Shown here: in pieces, positions 47,698 through 57,587 of the stretch
Layout of the letters: each line of letters opens with the position of its first letter
Numbering within the stretch: position 1 is the stretch's first letter
DNA from: a virus
Reading direction: 5' to 3' (one strand)
IMG/VR virus record: IMGVR_UViG_3300047471_000729
Location: 1 to 64,000 of that record
Length of the DNA: 64,000 nt
The notes under the pieces: generated by a model
Databases searched by the model: none
What the model was told of the DNA's origin: nothing
What the model saw: only the letters and a program-made list of their open reading frames with translations
Program-made: the position numbers and the translations under genes

Positions 47698-48006
47698 TTA
47701 ATCCATTCGACAAACTTCGAACTCACCACCGGGCTGCACAATGGCAACCCATGAATGATTGTAGAAGCGGATCAACTCATTCCGAAGAATGGTCTCGGCT
47801 AGCAGTTTAACCGGTGGGTCGCCTGGGTACTGCAGGTCACCATTGGCCAGCATGGTGAACCCCTGGAAAGGGACCCACCCGCCACCGTGACCATAGGACC
47901 GATCGAACTGCTCCCGCGCGGGCATAGGATTGCCCTCGTTGAGAAACAGTGGGATGTATCCGAGCATCTCGATCGTTGCCTGTGGGTGCTTCATCGTCCA
48001 GATCAT
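47698..48006 (-). CDS. Hypothetical protein
   Basis: GGAG RBS; sits in a chain of early genes. Confidence 0.55.
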   Translation of the reverse strand: MIWTMKHPQATIEMLGYIPLFLNEGNPMPAREQFDRSYGHGGGWVPFQGFTMLANGDLQYPGDPPVKLLAETILRNELIRFYNHSWVAIVQPGGEFEVCRMD

Positions 48007-48384
48007 CGGTTTCTCCAGTTATTAGATCCGTGCGCCGTTGCCGTGTGGTGTTGCTGCGCAGTATTTCGCCACCGTGTAAGGTGCGCCTTGGCGCACGGCT
48101 TGGCGTCGTGCATGTGGGTCATTGGGTCATCCTGGGCCATTGCTTGACATCCGTTCTATCAGTTCATCGGCGCAGTCGAGCCAATCGGTATGCATCTCGG
48201 GGTAAGCTCCCTCTTCACCCACCTGATCCCATGGACGGCTCGTCCGCATCTCGAACATGTCGTACAAGTGTCGGGCGAGGCGCTCGCGGAACTGGCTGTT
48301 CGACAGGGCCCGATGCCAGCCTGGATTGCGGTCGAGCCATTGTTTGATGGTGGGCTGCATTGTGATTACTCCTTGTAAGTCCAT

Positions 48385-48621
48385 TCAGTGCGTGGTTTCG
48401 GTTTCGTCAACCAGCAGGCCGATCCGAACGAGGTCGGCAACGAAATCTTCTGCGCTGCCGCACCGCACCCGCTTGCCCGTTTGTAGCAAGACTCTGCCTT
48501 GGGTCTCTTTCATAAACTTGCGATCGTTATCTGATTGCGTGAAAGAAATCTTGTGCAGTTCTTTCACAATACCCTCTGGGGTCGTTGCCCCCAGAGGTTG
48601 TCCATCATTGGTCCGGTACAT
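48385..48621 (-). CDS. Small protein adjacent to the amidoligase
   Basis: GAGAGGAG RBS; directly follows the amidoligase gene. Confidence 0.55.
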   Translation of the reverse strand: MYRTNDGQPLGATTPEGIVKELHKISFTQSDNDRKFMKETQGRVLLQTGKRVRCGSAEDFVADLVRIGLLVDETETTH

Positions 48622-48627
48622 AGCTGC

Positions 48628-49842
48628 TTATCTCCTCTCGGTGATGACACGATTGAGTTGAGCTACCCGCGCCTGCAGGAAAGCCAACTCGTTCGCAGGG
48701 ATATTAACCGTATTTGCAAAATTCTGCAAGGAATCATCTCCCTCGGGCTGCAAACCTTTCACGGCCGCGTCGTAGATGCGCAAGCAAACCCGTACCCAAT
48801 GCTCTGCTTTGTCGGCATCGACCGTGCCCTGGTGCTGCCTGAACTCGACCGTTGTGTGTCGCCAGAAGGCTGCGAGATTAACCTTGAGGAACCGCTCAAG
48901 TCTATTCTCCATTTGTGCGGGATAGCTTGGCATGATGTTTAACAAGCTACCCGCATATGCCAGCGCCAGCTCGTCTATATTGGTGGCGGCTGCAATTAGA
49001 AGCGACCTGGCACCATCTTCCACCCGCGCTTTGGTCGAGCGGCAATAACTATTGTTATTTGCACGGCGCGTCTGGGAAGTGATAGAGTCAATTGCGCCTT
49101 CATAGTGACCATAAAGCTTGATCAGATTGCGGAAGAAGTTAACATCTCGGCCTTCTGCGCCGATATGCACGTGAAAGCCTGCCTGGCGGCGAACTGTGCA
49201 GCCCTTTTCTTCCAGAAACTTCATCATCTTACGCATCTGCTGGATGCCCTCGCTGCCTTGCAGCACTGGGGACACCACTTCAATGCCATTTCTACGATCA
49301 CCAAGCGAACCGTCCTGCGTGATCTTCCACACATTAGGCCGGACGGGATCACGATAATAACCAATCACTGCTTGAAAGCCTGCGCTGATCATGTCAGCCA
49401 TAAGGCTGCGTTGACCCATATTCCGGGGCATGTAGCATTCGATCTCAACGCCGAATGTGTAATCGGTGAGGTCGGCGTCAAGCGCGGTGCTGAGTGCCAC
49501 AATTGCTGTGCTGGTGTGAGGCGCCCGTGGACCGCGAGGCGTCACTGTGCCTTCGGTCAACAGCACTTCCGGGAGCTGCTCCAGCAGGCTGGGCATCGGT
49601 AAGCGTTCAATCAGCCAGGTCCGATTTGTGTTTATCACCCGCTGGCGCAAGGCCAGCAAGCGAACGGCCCGCCACCGAACTGAGGTCCAATTGTTGGTCC
49701 ACTGATTGGTGTTCCACTGGGACACGCCACTCAGATGATGGCGTACCTGTGTTGCGATGGTCCGATACTCATTGTGGATCTGCTCGTCCCACCAGGCCGG
49801 ACCTTGGCCATTGATTGTGGGGGGTAGATTAATGCGAGGCAT
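48628..49842 (-). CDS. Putative amidoligase (COOH-NH2 ligase type 2)
   Basis: TFGVEIE, WKITQDGSL, IEVVSPVL, GFHVHIG and TVEFRQHQGT motifs. Confidence 0.88.
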   Translation of the reverse strand: MPRINLPPTINGQGPAWWDEQIHNEYRTIATQVRHHLSGVSQWNTNQWTNNWTSVRWRAVRLLALRQRVINTNRTWLIERLPMPSLLEQLPEVLLTEGTVTPRGPRAPHTSTAIVALSTALDADLTDYTFGVEIECYMPRNMGQRSLMADMISAGFQAVIGYYRDPVRPNVWKITQDGSLGDRRNGIEVVSPVLQGSEGIQQMRKMMKFLEEKGCTVRRQAGFHVHIGAEGRDVNFFRNLIKLYGHYEGAIDSITSQTRRANNNSYCRSTKARVEDGARSLLIAAATNIDELALAYAGSLLNIMPSYPAQMENRLERFLKVNLAAFWRHTTVEFRQHQGTVDADKAEHWVRVCLRIYDAAVKGLQPEGDDSLQNFANTVNIPANELAFLQARVAQLNRVITERR

Positions 49843-50338
49843 GAGCTTGTCTCCGTTCTGACAAAGCTATATATAAGCTTTTTGCAGCACATTGCAAGCT
49901 ATCATGCAAAATGATTTGAATTCTTTTATTGAGCGTTGTCAAAGGCTTACGATGGGTTTATGGACGAATTTCGGGCGACTGTACGGCACCGGAAGTGGGG
50001 GTTTCGGACCCTTCGAGTACATAGCAGTGGGATACGAATACCGCGCTCCACGAGCCTTGAGGCCGGCCTTTGTGAAACGACCCTTGAATGGACTTACGCG
50101 GCCGAAAACGTAACGAATCACTAGGACGGTGAGGCCGATCACGTTCAGACCGACCCACACCGCCAGAACTATTCCAGCGGTTAGCACCCCTAACCCCCCA
50201 CCCTTGAATTGAACCCAAAAAGTAGCAGCGTATTGCAATGCGGTGCAATAGCTAATTTCGCAGGTCAGGTATGCAAGTTTGCATATTGCAATGCGGTGCA
50301 ATATCGCTTACATTTCCTGAGTCAGATGGAGAATTTTT

Positions 50339-50536
50339 ATGAAGCTCTGGATTTTGACTTTCGCCCTTGACGACGACCACTTCGTTGGGACTTTCTCCAC
50401 CGAGGAGAAGGCGCAGGCAGCATCAGCTGCCTTTTCCAAGGATGCCGAGCAGGCAACGATGTGGATATCGATTGTCCCGGTCGAACTTGATAACGACGAT
50501 CTGGTCGATATTGAATTGTGCGGTACGGGCGACTAG
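50339..50536 (+). CDS. Hypothetical protein
   Basis: GGAG RBS downstream of a TTGCAA-N17-TACATT promoter. Confidence 0.55.
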   Translation: MKLWILTFALDDDHFVGTFSTEEKAQAASAAFSKDAEQATMWISIVPVELDNDDLVDIELCGTGD

Positions 50537-50780
50537 ACATGAGTTACCTCGTTGGACGACTGATCAACGAATACCAGATTCACGCATTCTACTACTGCCA
50601 GACCCTGGAAGAAGCAAAGTCTGTCTGTGCAGTTGAATGGGTTGGTCAACACAATATCTGGAGCGGCAAGGATTATGATGACGATACGATATACGTCATC
50701 ATAAAGCGGACTCCAAATTAAATCTCGTCTGAATGCTTATTTCCTTTTGCAGTTTTGTGCAAAGCCTATAAGCTTGCAAT

Positions 50781-51107
50781 ATGCCCGTCAGCAAGCAAAC
50801 ACCGCTAACAGCTCAAGCGACTCACGAGCATAATTTTGAGCAGTCTTACGCTGACTGGGAAGCCTCGGTGTTTGATAGGGCTGCTTACTTTGCAGTGATC
50901 GAGCTGCGCTATGGTGGGCGTGGCCAGCAAAGATACACAAAGTGGACGGTTCTCCCCTGGGCACTGCGCTATGCGCGGGAACATGTGGAGACCGGTCCCT
51001 GTGTGTATGCCGTAGTAGAGTCTGGAAGGTTTACAGTTCTCGACCGCGAAAAGTGGGATGATTGGGAAACACGTTGGCGTCGGTCTAGAGAACACATCAA
51101 AGCCTGA
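50781..51107 (+). CDS. Hypothetical protein, possibly leaderless
   Basis: The ATG lies about 6 nt after a -10-like TAAGCT. Confidence 0.5.
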   Translation: MPVSKQTPLTAQATHEHNFEQSYADWEASVFDRAAYFAVIELRYGGRGQQRYTKWTVLPWALRYAREHVETGPCVYAVVESGRFTVLDREKWDDWETRWRRSREHIKA

Positions 51108-51111
51108 CTGA

Positions 51112-52446
51112 ATGGAGTTATTCCCTTACCAGCGGAAGGGGGTAACTTTTCTAGAACGCAGAAAAGGTCGCGCTCTAATTGCCGACGAGATGGGACTGGG
51201 AAAGACAGTCCAAGTATTAGGTTGGTTGCAGCATCGACGGTCGTATAGACCTACAATCATAATCTGTCCTACGTCTGTCAGATTACACTGGCAATCACTT
51301 ATTCGCTTAATGTTGCACGAAGAGTGTTATCTGCCTTATTCTCAAACGGCTGCGGGTATAGGGTATGAAAATCAATCTTTCATTATCATTCATTACAGTA
51401 TTGTACCTTTCTGGGTTGACTGGTTAAGAGCTCTAAAACCAAAGGTTATCGTGGTGGATGAAGCTCAGGCTATAAAGACCAACAATACAAAACGCACCAA
51501 CGCTGTAAAGGCTTTGGCTCGTAAAGTCCCGCATGTTATTGGCTTGACTGGTACTCCGATCGTTAATCGACCAAGCGAAGCATTCAACATTTTGCAGATA
51601 ATTGATCGCAAAACCTTTCCCAATCAACGAAAGTATGCTGAGCGATATTGTGATCGTAAGCTGACATACTGGGGTTGGGATGAGTCTGGTGCAATCAACA
51701 TTCCTGAACTCCATGAGCTCTTATCTTCGGTTATGTTGCGCAGGCGCAAGGTGGATGTATTAAAGAGTCTACCACCAAAGATACGCAGCTTCGTCCCACT
51801 TGAGTTGACCAATCGTAAGGAATACACCGCAGCTGAAAAGGACTTTATTGGCTATGTAAGGGAAACAGAGGGTAAGGAGGCAGCGAAAAAAGCAAACAAG
51901 GCTGCGGCACTTACAAAGGTTACTTTTCTGCGTTTGTTAGCAGCTCGAGGTAAACTAGAACAGGCAATTGATTGGATTGCTAATACAATAGAGGAACAGA
52001 AGCTAGTTGTTTTTGCAGTCCATCGTGAAATTCTTGACCCTGTTTTTAACGCATTTCGTAAAGTTGCTGTACGAGTTGATGGTAGTGTAAATGAAGCCGA
52101 GCGTGGTCGTGCTATTGATCGGTTTCAGAAGGATCCAAAGTGCAGGTTATTCGTTGGACAAACACAAGCAGCAGGTACCGGAATAACACTGACCGCAGCG
52201 AGTAATGTTGCATTTCTGGAACTGCCGTGGACTCCGGGGGACTTGTTGCAATGTGAAGATAGGTGTCATAGGATTGGTCAGGTCAATTCAGTGACAATAC
52301 ATTATCTTCTAGCAGCAAACACAATAGATGAAAAGATGGCGGATCTGATAGACAGGAAGCGTAGAATTTTAGACTCCGTGCATGATGGGGAAACCTTCCC
52401 ATCAATCTTAGCTGAGTTGTTAAACCATTACAATAAACGGGGGTAA
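51112..52446 (+). CDS. SNF2-family (HARP-like) helicase
   Basis: LIADEMGLGKT, VVDEAQ, LTGTPIVNRP, GTGITLTAAS and QCEDRCHRIGQ motifs. Confidence 0.92.
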   Translation: MELFPYQRKGVTFLERRKGRALIADEMGLGKTVQVLGWLQHRRSYRPTIIICPTSVRLHWQSLIRLMLHEECYLPYSQTAAGIGYENQSFIIIHYSIVPFWVDWLRALKPKVIVVDEAQAIKTNNTKRTNAVKALARKVPHVIGLTGTPIVNRPSEAFNILQIIDRKTFPNQRKYAERYCDRKLTYWGWDESGAINIPELHELLSSVMLRRRKVDVLKSLPPKIRSFVPLELTNRKEYTAAEKDFIGYVRETEGKEAAKKANKAAALTKVTFLRLLAARGKLEQAIDWIANTIEEQKLVVFAVHREILDPVFNAFRKVAVRVDGSVNEAERGRAIDRFQKDPKCRLFVGQTQAAGTGITLTAASNVAFLELPWTPGDLLQCEDRCHRIGQVNSVTIHYLLAANTIDEKMADLIDRKRRILDSVHDGETFPSILAELLNHYNKRG

Positions 52447-52448
52447 CT

Positions 52449-52916
52449 ATGGAAGTAGCGATACCAACTAAGCTAGCGATTAAGTTCGCATACAGCACAG
52501 GTATTGAGGTCGGATACCTGTTTTCCGAAGCGGTGGAAGCCTATTGGAAGGCCACAATTGATCCCAAATATGACCCGCGCAAAGCATCTTTCAAGACTTA
52601 CGCCACCACCTGTGTCTATCGTCATCTCTGCAGTGTGATTGCGGAGTACAAGCGTAAGTATCCTGACTATGATCAGATTAGCGAAGACATGGTTAGTCAG
52701 GAACCTAGCCCCGAGGATGTTTACTATTTCAAGGAGATAGTGAGTCAGTTACCGGATGATGGTAAGTATGTGATCCATTTGGTGTTGGAAGTGCTGGATG
52801 GTATTCCTGCTTATCGGGCCCGTGCGGCAATTCGTAAAATGCTAAAGGGACAGTGGGCCTCTGTTCGGATTGACACAGCATTTCACTCTGTTAGCCTGAT
52901 GCTGAAAGAGGCGTAG
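52449..52916 (+). CDS. Sigma-factor-like protein (sigma70 region 2)
   Basis: LFSEAVEAYWKA...YDPRKASFKTYATTCVYRHL...SPEDVY. Confidence 0.65.
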   Translation: MEVAIPTKLAIKFAYSTGIEVGYLFSEAVEAYWKATIDPKYDPRKASFKTYATTCVYRHLCSVIAEYKRKYPDYDQISEDMVSQEPSPEDVYYFKEIVSQLPDDGKYVIHLVLEVLDGIPAYRARAAIRKMLKGQWASVRIDTAFHSVSLMLKEA

Positions 52917-53843
52917 TTGGACATCCTTGAAATCTACCGTAGGCATGGTGTGCACTATCAGACGGAAGGTGATAGGCATACCACGCGCGGGTGGGTCAAT
53001 TGTCGCTGCCCGTTCTGCACGGGCAGCCCCGGCCTGCATTTAGGCTTTAACTTACAACACAAGTTCTTTAGATGCTGGCGCTGCGGTTGGCACAGCACCG
53101 TTGATACATTGATTGAATTATGCCGCGTCTCATCCGAACAAGCTCGTCAACTGTACTATGAGCTTGGTGCCTCCGGTGGACCTTTTGTCCCGCGAGTGGA
53201 CAAGACATCAAGGCTAATCAATCTATCTCGGTACAAGCGGCCTACAGATGTTGGCCCCTTACGTCCTTCTCACAAGCGATACTTGGCTGGTAGAGGCTTT
53301 GATCCTGAGAAGATTGAAGCAGAATGGCATGTATGCAGCACGGGACCTTTAGCCTATCTTGACAATATCGACTACCGGTACAGGCTGTTCATTCCTATCG
53401 TGTGGAATGATAGAGAAGTGTCCTTTCAATGCAGAGATGTCACAGGCAAGTCAGACATCAAGTACCGAGCTTGCCCACTGGATCGCGAGGCTATGCACCA
53501 CAAGAATATCTTGTATGGCAGGCCGGATTGCTGGGGTTCCAGGGTCGGTATAGCGGTGGAGGGTGTCACGGATGTCTGGAGGCTGGGTGCTCAAGCCTTT
53601 GCCGTGCTTGGCATTGAGTACAAAATAGAGCAAGTGGTCCTAATCAAGAAGTTTTTTGATCGGATTGCCATTGTATTTGATGGGGATAGGCAAGCGCAGA
53701 GGCAGGCAAGAGAGCTGGGCTCTAGGCTGGATGCTATGGGAGTCGACACCTTTATTTACAAGCTTGATAAAGGCGTCGATCCCGGTAGCATGTCAGATGA
53801 TGATGCGAAGCATCTAGTTAAGACGCTTCAAACTCCGCGGTAA
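52917..53843 (+). CDS. DNA primase (Zn-binding + TOPRIM)
   Basis: CPFC...CWRCG Zn finger, VEGVTD, FDGD and DPG motifs. TTG start with GAGG RBS. Confidence 0.88.
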   Translation: MDILEIYRRHGVHYQTEGDRHTTRGWVNCRCPFCTGSPGLHLGFNLQHKFFRCWRCGWHSTVDTLIELCRVSSEQARQLYYELGASGGPFVPRVDKTSRLINLSRYKRPTDVGPLRPSHKRYLAGRGFDPEKIEAEWHVCSTGPLAYLDNIDYRYRLFIPIVWNDREVSFQCRDVTGKSDIKYRACPLDREAMHHKNILYGRPDCWGSRVGIAVEGVTDVWRLGAQAFAVLGIEYKIEQVVLIKKFFDRIAIVFDGDRQAQRQARELGSRLDAMGVDTFIYKLDKGVDPGSMSDDDAKHLVKTLQTPR

Positions 53844-53947
53844 GCACCTCTCGAGGCAGGGATGCAAGTCGTGCATCACGCATAAGGTCCAACTATCGTC
53901 GCTGTGAGTTGTATTAATTCACTATACAACGTTTGTTTTGGATCCAT

Positions 53948-55243
53948 TTATGTTACTCTTAAGTTATACTTAAGAAATCTTTTGACCAAAGTTGTTGACT
54001 TTATTCTACGTCGAGTTAATGCAGAAAGCATCATCATAGTTACTCCAACTATCACTATTGAAACTTTGTCGTTCATATCTCCCACAATGAAAATTGGTTG
54101 TAGAATTAATGTCATCAAAACTCCAGTACAAAATGTAACAAGAGAATTCTGACCTAAAAGAATGACTGGCTTGGAAACAGTCCATCTTAAGAATTCACTC
54201 TCTCGACTGACAAAGCTATTAATAACAATCACCACTGCTAGAAAATTAGCTAGTCGGACTGGTGCTAGAAATTCTTTACTTTGAAATAGTCTCCATGGCA
54301 AACCACCAGGAAAGATGAGTTCATTTACCGATGGTATGCTAAAAATTGCGCATCCTATAACAATAGTCCAAGCTCCAATAGTTATCCAATTCCATTTATT
54401 AACTATATAAATTTCTCTGTTCTTAATCGGAATAAACTCTGGAATTAGAATTCTTCTTCTATGAGTTTGAAGATGTCGAATTGATGCACCTATGACAAAT
54501 AGGAATTGCCATGACAAAGGATTTACCCAATGAGCACTGTTAAAATATGGAATATCCCACAATATAATTAAAGTCGAAAAGTAAATTGAAAAGGAAACTA
54601 GTAACGTTACCAACACATTCTTCCTAAGAGCATATAGAATAATCGGAAGAATTGCTAGGAGCATCATATATACTGGCAAAACTCCTAGAAATGGTACCTT
54701 AAACTTAAAAGAAACTAGCGCATCGATAGCTTGCTGAAAGACAGTATCAATTGAGATATAAGGAGATGACTCACCAGAAATTACTACATACAAAAAGTAG
54801 AATAAGAAAATCAGAAAGTTGGCTATGTATAGCTTACCAACTCGTTTGTAAATTTTAGTAGCTGTTGGTCGTATTCCATAGTTATTCAACATACTTCCAT
54901 AGACCAAATAAGAAATGTATCCTGAGATACAAATGAAAACCTCCGATGCATCGAAGAAAGTGAAATAGCGAAGGAGTAGCGGTGATCCATGAACATGATC
55001 ATAAAAGATCAAAATGAGAGCGATTCCTCGAAAGAAATCTACTCTGGGATCACGAGAGCTAAGGTAGTCAGCCGGCATCATTACACCGGTGGTACCGCGC
55101 CGATTCTCTTCAATCGGCAAAGTGTCGATATGACTTCCCTTCTGAAAATCAGCGCGTGGTTTTGGGAGACGGGACAATCTATGCTCCCAACGATACATCA
55201 TTTCGGCGTAATCCATAACAGTTCCTTTCATCTCATAAACCAA
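53948..55243 (-). CDS. opgC: OpgC-like membrane acyl(succinyl)transferase; start uncertain (possibly near 55082)
   Basis: RDPRVDFFRGIALILIFYDH, DASEVFICISG, VLPVY, NPLSWQFLFVIG and LGQNSLVTF motifs. About 10 TM segments; AT-rich. Confidence 0.8.
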   Translation of the reverse strand: MVYEMKGTVMDYAEMMYRWEHRLSRLPKPRADFQKGSHIDTLPIEENRRGTTGVMMPADYLSSRDPRVDFFRGIALILIFYDHVHGSPLLLRYFTFFDASEVFICISGYISYLVYGSMLNNYGIRPTATKIYKRVGKLYIANFLIFLFYFLYVVISGESSPYISIDTVFQQAIDALVSFKFKVPFLGVLPVYMMLLAILPIILYALRKNVLVTLLVSFSIYFSTLIILWDIPYFNSAHWVNPLSWQFLFVIGASIRHLQTHRRRILIPEFIPIKNREIYIVNKWNWITIGAWTIVIGCAIFSIPSVNELIFPGGLPWRLFQSKEFLAPVRLANFLAVVIVINSFVSRESEFLRWTVSKPVILLGQNSLVTFCTGVLMTLILQPIFIVGDMNDKVSIVIVGVTMMMLSALTRRRIKSTTLVKRFLKYNLRVT

Positions 55244-56484
55244 CGACTAATCACTTGCTTCACTCCTTTCATTGGGGAACCCCACCTTTGCCTTACTTCT
55301 TTGGCTTGTTTTTGTACTGTTATCTTTAATGGTGGATTGTGTCTTTTATGTAGTTCTTCAATTACAGCAGTGATGTCTCCTAACTTTCCATCAAAACCTA
55401 CCTCAAGAACAGCTAGTGACGCAATCGAATAGGCTTCAAGCAGACGTGGTACCCATTGTGTTCTCCGCTTTAGATCCATTGGAAGGATCTTTTTCCCCAC
55501 ATTATTTTCAAGATTCACCCAGTTTATTGCCCGGATTTTCAGCGTTTCCATAGTTAGAAGAGCATCATTCGGATAACCAAGTATTTTAATTTCATGTATC
55601 TTATTCCAAAACATCTGTTTATATTCATTAATCAAGCCCATTTCAAAGGTATAGCGCATGGCTCGGTGAAGTTTTTGATTACCTCGCTGTCCATGTTCCA
55701 AGTGGGTTAGTATGTGAAACCATGCGTCCTCAAACGGATCTCTACTGGGCTTCAGTCTAGGACGACGATACTTGGTGATGGATGAAGGTGTAACTTCCAC
55801 CACTTCCTTAACTTTGGGTAACGGTGCGGGTGGAGGCAACACAGGAGGAGTTAATAACTTAGGTGGTGCTTCCGGGTATACCTTGGGTGCACGTTTGCGC
55901 CTGGCCGCACCCGCGCGAGGTAGAGTAGATTTCTCAGGTGGAGCCTGAATTATCTCTGGTGGGATTGGTGGTACCTGCGCAGCATATGTCGCCGCTTCTG
56001 CTTCCCGACATCCGTTAATAAGTGCTGCAACCTTATCCAAATTAACCCCATTACCATTGGATTGCGGATTAGTTACAGAGACTTCGTTATTACAGGTAGG
56101 ACATGTATAAGCAGGTTTTTGATTGGAAGATGGCCAATGGGATAGATAACGTTTATTCCCACAATCTACACAAGCAGTCGTATCAGGCTTAAGCCGAATA
56201 AAATCAGAACGTTGCAGACGGGGAATATTTCCCCGACTGTTTTTTCCCTGATCATCTTGACGCTCAATGAGTGGGCGGACATATGATATAAATAACCGCC
56301 ATCGGGCAGTATGCAAACCTACATCAATCGGTGAATCTCCTCTGCCATTAATCCGGGAGGATCGGCGGAGGGCTAGATGGGGTGGAATTGATTCTTCCAC
56401 CCCAGCAAAGAGCCCTCCTAACCGAACCCAAGACTCTGGGTTCGCCGCTAGATTAGCGACGGTTTGTTGTCGCCAGGTTAGCAT
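55228..56484 (-). CDS. Hypothetical protein with a CxxC...CxxC Zn ribbon and Pro-rich linker
   Basis: CVDCG...CPTC. Overlaps both neighbours. Confidence 0.5.
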   Translation of the reverse strand: MLTWRQQTVANLAANPESWVRLGGLFAGVEESIPPHLALRRSSRINGRGDSPIDVGLHTARWRLFISYVRPLIERQDDQGKNSRGNIPRLQRSDFIRLKPDTTACVDCGNKRYLSHWPSSNQKPAYTCPTCNNEVSVTNPQSNGNGVNLDKVAALINGCREAEAATYAAQVPPIPPEIIQAPPEKSTLPRAGAARRKRAPKVYPEAPPKLLTPPVLPPPAPLPKVKEVVEVTPSSITKYRRPRLKPSRDPFEDAWFHILTHLEHGQRGNQKLHRAMRYTFEMGLINEYKQMFWNKIHEIKILGYPNDALLTMETLKIRAINWVNLENNVGKKILPMDLKRRTQWVPRLLEAYSIASLAVLEVGFDGKLGDITAVIEELHKRHNPPLKITVQKQAKEVRQRWGSPMKGVKQVISRWFMR

Positions 56485-57497
56485 ATCGGCGAGGCAGCCT
56501 GTGCTAACCCTGAGGATGCGGAACCACCCTGCATCCGAATGATCCTCTCGAGTTCGGCTTGCACCTTGTTGAGATGATCCTTCAAATCCAGAATCGCATT
56601 AAGGGAATCACGGGGATTTACCAATGCGGATAGATGCAGATGCTCAACTCCCTTGCTGGCCTGCCTGCTCAATCCACGGCAACCACCAATAAACTTTGTT
56701 CCCATAGTGGAGGAGGTCTTACCAACCCGGGACTTGATGCGACGCTGCTCTTCCTCGGCCTGATCGTGATACTTCTTAACCACGGCCATCTCAGCATCCT
56801 GTCCCTTGGTCTTTACGGCATTGACATCACGAACCATATTCTCAACCGTTCTGCCCGTGACGGAGTAGTAATGGGGCAGTTCGGCCGCCTTCTGATAGAC
56901 GATATCTGAGCCGATTTTATTGAGAGCAATGATTGTGTTCTGGGGTTGATTGCCATTATCGAAGTCGAACCCCAGCTTCGATGCACGCTTAATCCCCTGA
57001 TACTCATTCCAAGCACTCAATGCTGTGGCGGCGGGAATGTGGAACATCTTCGCCAGCTCAGGAATGGTAGTATTGGGAAACTTTTCGTGCATCGAGAAGA
57101 TATGATGCGTGACATCTTGCCTGGTATCACGCTTGCCTTCGATACCGTTAAGCAAGCGCAGCAACAGCTCCTGACGATACTGATCAGGCTCAGTCACGAT
57201 ATAAGCATCATGCCAGTCGAGTTTGCAGTCCTTGGTCGCCTTAATCCGGTGCATTCCTGTACCGACAAGGTATTTGGCTTGATCGACTGCAAAGACAACA
57301 ATCGCCGGAAATGGAGCGCCCTCAAGCATGGCTAGGCCATACTCGTTGACGAGCAAATCATCAATTTTTCGCCTTAGACGAGCTGGATTTTCCTCACTCG
57401 CCTTGAGATCAATATCGCTGAATAGCAGTTTCTCCACATAGCGAAACTTGTAGTTACCCTGCTTAAATAGGGCTTCAGTTCCTGCGTGTTTTGTCAT
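56478..57497 (-). CDS. ParB/Srx-like N-terminal domain protein
   Basis: NPARL...EYGLAMLEGAPFPAIVV...VGTGMHRIKA followed by an HTH-like segment. Confidence 0.65.
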   Translation of the reverse strand: MTKHAGTEALFKQGNYKFRYVEKLLFSDIDLKASEENPARLRRKIDDLLVNEYGLAMLEGAPFPAIVVFAVDQAKYLVGTGMHRIKATKDCKLDWHDAYIVTEPDQYRQELLLRLLNGIEGKRDTRQDVTHHIFSMHEKFPNTTIPELAKMFHIPAATALSAWNEYQGIKRASKLGFDFDNGNQPQNTIIALNKIGSDIVYQKAAELPHYYSVTGRTVENMVRDVNAVKTKGQDAEMAVVKKYHDQAEEEQRRIKSRVGKTSSTMGTKFIGGCRGLSRQASKGVEHLHLSALVNPRDSLNAILDLKDHLNKVQAELERIIRMQGGSASSGLAQAASPIC

Positions 57498-57587
57498 AAT
57501 CCTTTCCTTTCAATGTACGTCAGCAGTTAGTATATATATGCTCGCGCAACACATTGCAAGCTATTTTTGCGACGGCTTGCAATTCAT

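Noticed and set aside
48535-49814. Long + strand ORFs opposite the amidoligase and ParB-like genes
   Set aside because: They are antisense shadows of well-supported genes, with no motifs or RBS.
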